64,000 nt of DNA, taken from the NCBI GenBank assembly GCA_028285755.1, contig JANQOQ010000006.1, forward strand, positions 966,160 through 1,030,159. The letters run 5' to 3'. Every line of letters starts with the position of its first letter. The stretch's first letter is position 1. The notes beneath the pieces are model-generated. The model saw nothing but the letters and a program-made list of their open reading frames with translations. It was not told where the DNA came from and searched no databases. The translations under genes were made by a program, and so were the position numbers. Shown here piece by piece: positions 37,074-45,296 of the stretch. This DNA comes from Puniceicoccaceae bacterium. Its GTDB lineage: Bacteria > Verrucomicrobiota > Verrucomicrobiia > Opitutales > JAFGAQ01.

Positions 37074-38309
37074 TTACCCAATGTATTTCTTCAGGATGAG
37101 TGATGAATTGATGCCCAGCATTCCAAATGAGTTATTCAAAATGATGTCCACCGAATCCACATCCACGGGCTTATTCATTACTAGATTGGGTATTTCGCAT
37201 TCAGGGTCAAGATTATCTATGTTTATTGTCGGATGTATGCGATTATCCTTAAAAGAGGGTATATTCCCGGCAAGTTCCAAAGCACCTGCAGCCCCCATCG
37301 CATGACCGATATAGCTCTTAGTATTATTGACATAAGTGCTTTTACTTTCGCCAAACACCTCATTGATTGCCAGACACTCCTGAATATCCCCCTGGGGTGT
37401 AGACGTCGCATGGGTGCTGACAATGTCCACTTCATCCGGCTTCAACCCGGCAGATTTTAAAGCCTTTTGCATACAGACGGCCTGCTGACCGGCATCCGGT
37501 AGCACGTGGTCTTTCGCGTCTGAGTTGATCGCATGCCCGATAATTTCTGCATGAATGGTTGCTCCCCTTGCAAGGGCACTTTCCAGCCGCTCCAGAACAT
37601 ACACGCAACCTCCCTCGCTCACAACAATCCCGCTGCGATCTTTATCAAATGGGCGGCTCGCTTTGTTCGGATCTTCATGATTGGCGAGAGCGCCCTGGCT
37701 CTTAAAGCCTGCAAAAATCCCAAAACTGCGAATACTCTCGCTCACCCCACCGGTCAAAGCGATATCCACTTCGCCGAGCTGCAGCATTTGCATGCCCTGT
37801 ATGAGGCCCGCATTGCCCGCTGCACAGGCGGCTCCGATCGTGTAATGCGGCCCGGTGATCCCCATATTGATGGAGACCTCTCCCGCCGGGCTGTTCGCAA
37901 CGGTGCGGGGATTATGGTGATGGGTCCAGAACTTCACATCGTAGTCAAACTGGGAAATATTGTAGACCTCGTTTTCGGTCTCCACATTACCATGCTCCGT
38001 GATACCCAGGTAGATACCGATACGCTCCTTATCCAACTCACCCAGCGCCAACCCCGAATCAACAAGTGCTTCATGTGCACAATACACCGATATACTGCCC
38101 GCCCGGGTCGCCACGCGCAACTGACGACGATTCATATACCGGGTCTGCTCAAAATCGCAGATGCCCGCAGGCGTCATGCCCATGTAGCGAATATCCATTT
38201 CCTGAATATTGGGCTTAACGTCCAGTAGGTTTTGCCGCATCTCTGCAAGATTATTCCCAAGCGGTGAGGTTAGTCCGATTCCGGTAATGACTATTCTATC
38301 CCGATACAT
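37074..38309 (-). CDS. Beta-ketoacyl-ACP synthase (elongating KAS I/II type)
   Basis: 'RIVITGIGLTSPLG', active-site Cys 'GAACAAGN', and the His pair 'STHATSTPQGD' and 'IGHAMGAAG'. I prefer the start at 38309 (MYRDRIVITG). Confidence 0.9.
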   Translation of the reverse strand: MYRDRIVITGIGLTSPLGNNLAEMRQNLLDVKPNIQEMDIRYMGMTPAGICDFEQTRYMNRRQLRVATRAGSISVYCAHEALVDSGLALGELDKERIGIYLGITEHGNVETENEVYNISQFDYDVKFWTHHHNPRTVANSPAGEVSINMGITGPHYTIGAACAAGNAGLIQGMQMLQLGEVDIALTGGVSESIRSFGIFAGFKSQGALANHEDPNKASRPFDKDRSGIVVSEGGCVYVLERLESALARGATIHAEIIGHAINSDAKDHVLPDAGQQAVCMQKALKSAGLKPDEVDIVSTHATSTPQGDIQECLAINEVFGESKSTYVNNTKSYIGHAMGAAGALELAGNIPSFKDNRIHPTINIDNLDPECEIPNLVMNKPVDVDSVDIILNNSFGMLGINSSLILKKYIG

Positions 38310-38420
38310 AAATGAAGCGCTTCTGGCGAATACAAGCTCCCATGAGCATCGAATTTGCAAACCAAACGCAACAAAAAAGTCGCTTTGACATGCTTACGGA
38401 ATCCTGTTCGAGATAAAGGT

Positions 38421-39512
38421 ATGCCCAATTTGAGAAAAGGCCGCGTCATCGCCATCAGTCTGCAGATATTTGTATTCATCGTGCTGGGACTGGAAATTTA
38501 TGTGCAGTTCGAAACTCCCGAATTAGACGAAGCCCTGATCTCCCATTTTTATCAGCCGGAAAACCAAGATGCCCCCTGGTATTTAAATGATACCGCTCTG
38601 GTCACAGTATTCTATCAGCTTGCACCCATCATTACGGCATCCACGGCGATCGGTATCTTCGGTATCCTGATCGGTTCGTTTTTTACTTCTCGTTTGGCAA
38701 ACCTGAGGTCACTCGCTGTTTTTGTGCTCATCGTTATGGTCACAGGCCCCGGAATACTCGTGAATGCCGTCTTTAAGGATCATTGGGAGCGCCCCCGGCC
38801 CCGGGAAACCGTAGAATTTGGTGGACAATACGAATATCAGGCCCCCTGGATAAAGGGCAATGAGAGCAACGGAAAATCCTTCCCCTGCGGCCACTGCTCA
38901 GTCGGTTTTGCCATGTGTGCGATTGCCTTCTGGTTCCGTCGCCGCTCGATCGCGCTCTTCTGGGCTATCAATGGTGCGGCAATCACACTGGGCATGGTGT
39001 TTGGCTACGCGCGAATGGCTGCCGGGGCTCACTACTTTTCAGATGTGCTGGCATCCGGCCTGATCACCTTTTTTGTAGCCTGGGCCTTATCGACCCTTTT
39101 CCCCCGATTTATCACCCCAAGCCAATCTACCACCGAAAACACCCCCAGGAAAATCAACAAAGGAGTCGCCATCGGCCTGGGCACTGCGGCCGCTGCACTG
39201 CTGATCGGCTCTCTGCTTGCATTCCCTTATCAGACGCAACACCGCCACGTCATCCCTTACCCCAATGAAGCACTCACCCCTTTGATCCTTGAGATTGATC
39301 AGAACATCCAGTGGCAATTAACGGAGGAGATTCCCGATTACATTTTAATAAATGGAAATTCACGTGGTTTTGGGCTGCCCTGGAGTTCGGTAATTTTAGA
39401 AACTGAAATCATCCAAAGGGATGCGGGGAAAGTGCTAAGTATTATCCAAAATAAGGGAGGCTATTTCACCGAAATACGTACTCAAATCGAAATCTCAGCA
39501 AAAACTCAGTAG
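38421..39512 (+). CDS. PAP2-family membrane phosphatase with extra C-terminal domain
   Basis: Motifs 'KDHWERPRP', 'FPCGH' and 'YARMAAGAHYFSD'. The track start at 38355 is TTG, so I use the ATG at 38421, which follows AAAGG. Confidence 0.8.
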   Translation: MPNLRKGRVIAISLQIFVFIVLGLEIYVQFETPELDEALISHFYQPENQDAPWYLNDTALVTVFYQLAPIITASTAIGIFGILIGSFFTSRLANLRSLAVFVLIVMVTGPGILVNAVFKDHWERPRPRETVEFGGQYEYQAPWIKGNESNGKSFPCGHCSVGFAMCAIAFWFRRRSIALFWAINGAAITLGMVFGYARMAAGAHYFSDVLASGLITFFVAWALSTLFPRFITPSQSTTENTPRKINKGVAIGLGTAAAALLIGSLLAFPYQTQHRHVIPYPNEALTPLILEIDQNIQWQLTEEIPDYILINGNSRGFGLPWSSVILETEIIQRDAGKVLSIIQNKGGYFTEIRTQIEISAKTQ

Positions 39513-39564
39513 CCTCAAAACTCCATTTGAATGCAGTTGGCTTTTAAAATCGTTAATATAGACT

Positions 39565-39927
39565 ATGGAAACAGTAGCAATCATTGGAGCCAGTAACAAA
39601 CCGAACCGCTATGCGAATCAAGCACAGAAAGAGCTAACCGAGCATGGCCACTTAGTCATCCCCATCACCGCAAGGGGTGAAGAGATTATGGGCGTCCATT
39701 CGTATACTTCAGTAGCAGAAATCGATAAGCCCCTCGATACGGTAACGCTTTATGTGCGCGAACAAATCCTTGAACACCATATCGATGCGATCATCCAGGC
39801 AAAACCCGGGCGCGTCATTTTCAATCCGGGCACCGAATCTCCGACCATGCAAAAACAACTCGAGAATGCAGGAATCGAGGTTGAGGAAGCCTGCACCCTG
39901 GTGCTCCTGAGCACCGGTCAGTATTGA
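39565..39927 (+). CDS. CoA-binding domain protein (YccU/YneT-like)
   Basis: 120 aa. 'VAIIGASNKPNRYANQA' N-terminus and 'VIFNPGTES' match the family. Confidence 0.75.
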   Translation: METVAIIGASNKPNRYANQAQKELTEHGHLVIPITARGEEIMGVHSYTSVAEIDKPLDTVTLYVREQILEHHIDAIIQAKPGRVIFNPGTESPTMQKQLENAGIEVEEACTLVLLSTGQY

Positions 39928-39971
39928 GGATTGCAAATTGAGCACGAAAACTGCTTTGCTCATGGCAGTTT

Positions 39972-40640
39972 ATGAGTGAACGCGGTGTAATATATGTTTT
40001 TTGGGGCGATAAGGTAAAGGCCGAGTTGGAGCGTTCCGTGGCCTCTCTCCAGAAATGGCACCCGGAGCTCCCTTACCAAGTCTTTCAACTCCCTGAGAGC
40101 TCGAGTCTGCTCGCTAAGGCCGGTATGCTCGACCTCAGCCCGTATGAGAGCACGCTATTTCTTGATACCGATACAGTAGTGCTCGACCGGCTCGACTTTG
40201 GATTCGAAAAGGCAGAACAGTTCGACCTCGCCTGCTGCATCTGCGAGTGCCCCTGGGCGCGACGCTATGCGGAATTCACGGGCGACCGCATCGAATACAA
40301 CACTGGAGTGCTGTTCTTCACCAAGCAGGCAAAACCCGTTTTCGACCAGTGGAAAACCTCTTCAGAGACTGTAGACTCCTCCATCCGCTTCATGCGACAG
40401 AGCCAGGTAGCCGTGATGCCACGCAACGACCAGGGCCCGTTCCTGGACGCCATCGAGCAAACCGGTTTCAACCCTTTTGTACTCCCGCTCAACTGGAACT
40501 ACCGCCCCGCATGGCAAAAGACCTTTTATGGCCCCATCAAAGTGTGGCACGACCGCAACGCCGTCCCGAAAGAGCTTCTCAACTGGAACGAAGACCAATC
40601 CCACGAAGCCTCCATCATCCGCTACTCCGGCGGCGATTGA
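39972..40640 (+). CDS. Putative nucleotide-diphospho-sugar glycosyltransferase (GT-A, GT8-like)
   Basis: 'VIYVFWGDK' N-terminus, DxD 'FLDTDTVVL', and 'YNTGVLFF' are typical of GT8-like enzymes. Confidence 0.55.
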   Translation: MSERGVIYVFWGDKVKAELERSVASLQKWHPELPYQVFQLPESSSLLAKAGMLDLSPYESTLFLDTDTVVLDRLDFGFEKAEQFDLACCICECPWARRYAEFTGDRIEYNTGVLFFTKQAKPVFDQWKTSSETVDSSIRFMRQSQVAVMPRNDQGPFLDAIEQTGFNPFVLPLNWNYRPAWQKTFYGPIKVWHDRNAVPKELLNWNEDQSHEASIIRYSGGD

Positions 40641-40643
40641 TCC

Positions 40644-42083
40644 ATGAAGATTCTCTTTACCACGCACGCGAAACCCCAGTTTTTGCCACCTACGATTATT
40701 GATGCACAGGAGGTCGTCGCCGGCCCGTATTACAACCACGTGAAGCGGGGACCCCTTCAGTTCAAATACTTCAATACACCCCGGGGCCTTTTTGATTTCC
40801 AGGAGTGTTTCGGCAAGCTGCCCGCTGAGCAGCAACCGGAGCTCGTCATGGTGCACATCGACGCCACACTGGCATGCCTTCCCCGTAATATCCCGGATCA
40901 CTGCCGCAAGGTGCTCATGGTCGGTGGGGCGACCCACATTCTGGAAAAGCCGTTGCAAAACATCATCGCCTACGCACGCGAGGAAAAATTTGAGACCATC
41001 TTTGTATGGAACCGGCAAAACGCCCATTGGTTTAAGGAGCTCGGTTTCCCGAATGTCTTTTGGATGCCGGCGCTCACCTTCGCGATCCCTCAGGCGACGA
41101 TCCCGGAAAACAAAGCGAACCAAATCTGCTTCTTTGGCCAGCTCGGCAAGTATCACCCACGCCGTACGCGTATATTGGAAGCGCTGCAACAGGCAGGCAT
41201 CCAGATCGTCGGTGGACAACTCCCCCGCAAGGACTCGCTGCAGCTCGTTACCAAATCCACACTCTCCCTGAATGCCACACTCAACGGCGAATTTAATCTG
41301 CGCGTCTTCGAAACCAGCGCACATAACACCCTCCTGGTATCCGATAAAATCTCCCACTTTACCGGCATGGAGCTCTTCTTTCCAGACAGCGAGGCATTGG
41401 TCACCTACGTAACCCCGGATGAAGCCGCTGAAAAAATCCAATACCTACTCAACAACCCTCAAGAGACAACCCAACTTGCAATCAAAGGCAAAGCCATTCA
41501 CGACCGGCACTTCAGCTTCGATGCCCGCAGGCAGGCATTCTTTGACCTGCTCGAATATAAGGGCGATTATCCTCATCTAAAACTTGTGGATGAGCCTCGA
41601 TGCTCCCTACCCCAGGTTACCCAGGAAACCGATGGTATTTTCCTAAAGCGCGTGCAGACCTACGAGCTCGTCCAGGAGCTTCATCGCAATCAGGAATCCG
41701 TCCGTATTTTACACTTACCGGGCAGTCCCCTGTTATTCGTGAGCGATCTGGCAGACCTTGCCCGCGTGAAGCAGCTAAAAGCCGAAATCAAAGATACCTA
41801 CGATTCTCAATGGACTCCCGCGCTTAATGAGCTGCAAATCACCAACTGCAGCCAAACAGATCCGGAGAACATCGATTATTCAACCAACGATCTGACAATC
41901 TCCAGCACCGAAGATCTGGGCAGTCCTAATCTGCAGCAAGCCCTTGACGCTCAAAAATTGCCACGCATCCTCGTCTGGAATATGTCCACAGAGAACCATG
42001 CAGACTATGCACGGCGCTTTCTGGAATTAGGCTATGAGCGGCCAGATTCCAGTGTAATCGGCCTTTTTGCCCGCAAAAGCTGA
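40644..42083 (+). CDS. CgeB-family (Glyco_trans_1_2-type) glycosyltransferase-like protein with unknown C-terminal domain
   Basis: 'LSLNATLNGEFNLRVFETSAHNTLLVSD...EAAEKIQYLLNNPQETTQLAIKGKAIHDRHFSFDAR' follows the CgeB/DUF3880 C-terminal pattern. Confidence 0.6.
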   Translation: MKILFTTHAKPQFLPPTIIDAQEVVAGPYYNHVKRGPLQFKYFNTPRGLFDFQECFGKLPAEQQPELVMVHIDATLACLPRNIPDHCRKVLMVGGATHILEKPLQNIIAYAREEKFETIFVWNRQNAHWFKELGFPNVFWMPALTFAIPQATIPENKANQICFFGQLGKYHPRRTRILEALQQAGIQIVGGQLPRKDSLQLVTKSTLSLNATLNGEFNLRVFETSAHNTLLVSDKISHFTGMELFFPDSEALVTYVTPDEAAEKIQYLLNNPQETTQLAIKGKAIHDRHFSFDARRQAFFDLLEYKGDYPHLKLVDEPRCSLPQVTQETDGIFLKRVQTYELVQELHRNQESVRILHLPGSPLLFVSDLADLARVKQLKAEIKDTYDSQWTPALNELQITNCSQTDPENIDYSTNDLTISSTEDLGSPNLQQALDAQKLPRILVWNMSTENHADYARRFLELGYERPDSSVIGLFARKS

Positions 42084-42087
42084 CCGA

Positions 42088-42309
42088 TCAGCGCCGTTCG
42101 CGCATACAGGTCGAGCGGAAAAAACGCTCATTGGTGCCGCGCGAATCGATCTTAAGGCTTTGAGAAAGACCGCATTTGGCACAACGGGCAGAAAAATGAG
42201 AGCCCGACTTATTCGGGTACAAGCGGAGGTAGGTATTGCACGTCATGAAATGAATACCGATAAACTTCCTGCGTTTTCCGTTGGCTGAGGAATGTTGAGT
42301 CATGCTCAT
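42088..42309 (-). CDS. Small basic zinc-ribbon-like protein (hypothetical)
   Basis: 73 aa. 'RRKFIGIHFMTCNTYLRLYPNKSGSHFSARCAKCGLSQSLKIDSRGTNERFF' offers H/C-x..-CxxC ligands. It sits alone in a 300-bp gap, and the competing plus-strand ORF looks non-coding. Confidence 0.4.
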   Translation of the reverse strand: MSMTQHSSANGKRRKFIGIHFMTCNTYLRLYPNKSGSHFSARCAKCGLSQSLKIDSRGTNERFFRSTCMRERR

Positions 42310-42389
42310 CAAGATATGATTAACGGCTAAATATTAGCAAAATTGAATGCCTATTGCAATTTTAACAATGACTTACCAATATCTCGCTC

Positions 42390-44057
42390 GTGTCACAAAA
42401 AGACCTCATTAAACTCAAAATCAAGGATGCGATCAGCCTTCACCAGGAAGGGCAATCCAGCCAGGGCATTGCCCTCATCAAACGACTGACACAGGATATC
42501 GCAGAGGAGGACCTACCGGCAGATGTCTTTACGGCTTGGGGCCTAATTTCGCAGGAAAGCGACCAATGCGAAGCGGCCGAAACCGCATTCAAAAAAGCGA
42601 TCCAAAAAACCAAATCGCCCGATAATCTGATCAACCTCGCTCAGTGCTACCTGAAAAACCAAAAAATGTATGAGGCAAAGGCACCCATCCATGAAGCCCT
42701 CGCTATCAACTCCCGCCACCCTCGATCCCTGGCAGCACAGGCAGAGTTTTACTGGCAGACCTGGGAGGTAGAGGCCTGCATCGATACCTTGCGCGAAGCC
42801 GTCTCCCTGGCACCTACGAATCTCGATCTGGTCTCCCAATACCTGTTATGCCTGAATTATTCGATCCGTGTTAACTCGAAGCAGATTGCAAAGGAACACA
42901 TTGAGATCGGCACCGCGCTTCAGCAACATTTTGAAAAAGCAGAAAAGATCTCAAGATCCCCTATTGAGGGGAAGCTGCGCAAAAAAATACGTATCGGTTT
43001 GATATCCCCGGATTTCCGGGAGCACTCGGTAGTATATTTCCTCCTCAGTTTTCTGAAGCACGTAGATATGCGCAGTTTTGAACTCTTCGCGTACCACACC
43101 GCAAAGAAGCAAGACGTATATACCTCTAAGATAAAAGAATCCGTGGATCATTTTCGCCTGTTGCCTTTGGCGAACTTCCACGAGATCCGCAGGGATCAAT
43201 TGGATGTACTCATCGATCTGGCTGGCCATACTGCGGGCAACGCGATCCCCGCATTTCTTAAAAACGAAAAAGTGGCCCCCACTTACATGCAGTGGCTCGG
43301 CTATCCCAACACTTCCGGATATCCCCTCTTCGATTTTCGGATTGTCGACCCATTCACCGACCCTCAATCCCACCTGCTCGAACGGACGGCAGAAAAGCGT
43401 GCTTATCTACCTGCTTGTTTCCTTTGTTATTCCGCACCGGACAAGGTTCCATCCGTTAGCCCCTTGCCGGCTCTAAAGGATAATCACATTACCTTTGGAT
43501 GCCTGAACAATCTCAATAAAATCAATGATGAGCTCATCAAAGTCTGGGCAGCACTCCTCAAGCAAGTTAAAGACAGTCGGCTATTACTTAAAAGCAAAGC
43601 CTATCAACACGAAGCCGTTCGCAATAAGATAGTCCAACGATTCAAGAAATTCGGAGTAGATAAAGATAAACTGCTGCTTAAAGAAGCTAACGAAAGCACC
43701 TTTGAGCACCTGGAAACTTACCATGAAATCGATATCGCTCTCGATACCTTCCCCTACCACGGCACCACAACCACCTTCGAAGCCTTGCTCATGGGAGTAC
43801 CGGTTGTTTGCCTGGTAGGTGCCAGTCACCGCTCACGGGTAGGTGCCAGTATCTTGCAGAACCTGAGCAAAACCGAATGGATCGCTGAAACTCCCCTGGA
43901 TTACATTAAAATCGCAACTACAATAGCTGCCGATTTGCCAAAACTCGAAACAGAGCGCAGCCAACTCAGAAATATTCTGAAAAAATCCAGGCTATATGAT
44001 GGCAAGGGTTTTGCATACGATTTTGAAAAAGTCATTAAAAGTGTCATAAAAGCGTAA
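42390..44057 (+). CDS. TPR-repeat + GT41 (O-GlcNAc-transferase/SPINDLY-like) glycosyltransferase, FlmG-like
   Basis: N-terminal TPRs, then 'RIGLISPDFREHSV', 'ITFGCLNNLNKI' and 'DIALDTFPYHGTTTTFEALLMGVPVV', typical of the OGT C-terminal catalytic domain. GTG start. Immediately upstream of the flagellin gene. Confidence 0.85.
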   Translation: MSQKDLIKLKIKDAISLHQEGQSSQGIALIKRLTQDIAEEDLPADVFTAWGLISQESDQCEAAETAFKKAIQKTKSPDNLINLAQCYLKNQKMYEAKAPIHEALAINSRHPRSLAAQAEFYWQTWEVEACIDTLREAVSLAPTNLDLVSQYLLCLNYSIRVNSKQIAKEHIEIGTALQQHFEKAEKISRSPIEGKLRKKIRIGLISPDFREHSVVYFLLSFLKHVDMRSFELFAYHTAKKQDVYTSKIKESVDHFRLLPLANFHEIRRDQLDVLIDLAGHTAGNAIPAFLKNEKVAPTYMQWLGYPNTSGYPLFDFRIVDPFTDPQSHLLERTAEKRAYLPACFLCYSAPDKVPSVSPLPALKDNHITFGCLNNLNKINDELIKVWAALLKQVKDSRLLLKSKAYQHEAVRNKIVQRFKKFGVDKDKLLLKEANESTFEHLETYHEIDIALDTFPYHGTTTTFEALLMGVPVVCLVGASHRSRVGASILQNLSKTEWIAETPLDYIKIATTIAADLPKLETERSQLRNILKKSRLYDGKGFAYDFEKVIKSVIKA

Positions 44058-44229
44058 AGACTTTGTTAAATTGGCTGATTTCACTGGAGCCATTTGTAAA
44101 AAAGCATTTTTCACACAGGAAAGTGTTAATTTTCACTAAAGCATCTGCCAAACGATCCGTTGATTGAGCAGTCGGCAAGAACGTCGGCTCTCAAAATTAT
44201 AACAACCATATAACCAGAAAGGTAATAAA

Positions 44230-45165
44230 ATGGCAGATATAACACTCTCAGCGGGAATCCGCTCAAATCTTATCTCATTGCAGAACACTAACGACCTGCT
44301 AGCACGTACCCAAACTCGTTTGGCTACTGGTAAAAAGGTAAATACTGCGATTGATAATCCTGACAGCTTCTTTAAGGCTGCAGACCTTAACGACCGTGCG
44401 GGCAAGCTTGATTCTCGTTTGGACTCTTTGGGACAAGCGGTATCTGCAGTTCGTTCTGCTGACCAGGCAATTACTTCTATTAAGTCATTAACTTCTCAGT
44501 TGAAAGCGGTTGCTGAAGACGCCAAGGGTGAAACTGACTCTAACGTTCGTGCAACTCTCGGAACTCAGTTCAATGAGCTTCTTGCACAAATCGACGACAT
44601 CGCTAAGGACTCTGTATACCAGGGAACTAACTTCTTGCAAGGTGCTTCTGTAGCTACTGCAGGTACTGATAAGGATAACACTACACTGACTGTTCAGTTC
44701 GGTGAAAGCCTCGATGATTCTACTTTGACTCTGAGCGGTATCACAATCACTGATTCTGGAACAGGTCTTACCATCACTGGTGGTGAGCTCGGTATCTCTA
44801 GTGTTACCATTCAGGAAAACGGTGGAACTTCTGATGCTACAGGAACCAGCACTCAAGTGAATTTCTCCGGTACTTCTTACTCAGGAGGTCTTGATGCGGT
44901 AATCGCAAATATTGAAAGCTTTGAAACTCAGTTGGATACTGCTTCCAAGAATCTTGCGAATAACCTGTCTATCGTAACCACTCGTGAGCAGTTCACTAAA
45001 GAACAAGTCAACATCCTCCAAGAAGGTGCTGACAAGCTGACTCTGGCAGACCTCAACGAAGAAGGTGCAAACCTCCTCGCGTTGAACACTGCACAGCAGC
45101 TCGGTGTATCTTCTCTGTCTCTGGCTTCTCAAGCAAGTCAGGCTGTATTACGACTTGTTGGATAA
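44230..45165 (+). CDS. Flagellin
   Basis: Conserved N-terminal D0/D1 region ('SNLISLQNTNDLLARTQTRLATGKKVNTAIDNP') and C-terminal region ('ANLLALNTAQQLGVSSLSLASQASQAVLRLV'). The central region is Ser/Thr-rich. Confidence 0.95.
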   Translation: MADITLSAGIRSNLISLQNTNDLLARTQTRLATGKKVNTAIDNPDSFFKAADLNDRAGKLDSRLDSLGQAVSAVRSADQAITSIKSLTSQLKAVAEDAKGETDSNVRATLGTQFNELLAQIDDIAKDSVYQGTNFLQGASVATAGTDKDNTTLTVQFGESLDDSTLTLSGITITDSGTGLTITGGELGISSVTIQENGGTSDATGTSTQVNFSGTSYSGGLDAVIANIESFETQLDTASKNLANNLSIVTTREQFTKEQVNILQEGADKLTLADLNEEGANLLALNTAQQLGVSSLSLASQASQAVLRLVG

Positions 45166-45203
45166 GATATATTGATCTCTCGCTTTTAAATAAGCGATCC
45201 GAA

Positions 45204-45232
45204 AAAGCCCTGTTCCAAGCAGGGCTTTTTTT
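45204..45232 (+). terminator. Rho-independent terminator after the flagellin gene
   Basis: AAAGCCCTG-ttccaag-CAGGGCTTT followed by a T-run (7 T in total). Confidence 0.85.
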
Positions 45233-45296
45233 GTGCCTAAAATTTATCCATCCTTTTTATTGTCAAAAATGCGGATTTCTCTCAAAAGCTTATACC

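Noticed and set aside
37533-38228. 231-aa plus-strand ORF
   Set aside because: It is antisense to the KAS gene, whose Cys-His-His active-site motifs are unambiguous. The product is Arg/His-rich nonsense.
40362-41441. 359-aa minus-strand ORF spanning two glycosyltransferase genes
   Set aside because: It is antisense to two plus-strand genes that carry recognisable GT motifs. It lies in the locally GC-rich stretch where stop codons are rare in all frames, and it crosses a gene boundary. No motifs were seen.
44137-44164. Sigma-28-like promoter upstream of flagellin (TAAA-N15-TCCGTTGA)
   Set aside because: The -10 element matches GCCGATAA at only about 5 of 8 positions. A nearby sigma-54-like CGGCAAGAACGTCGGC has GG-N11-GC spacing rather than N10. 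Neither is good enough to call.
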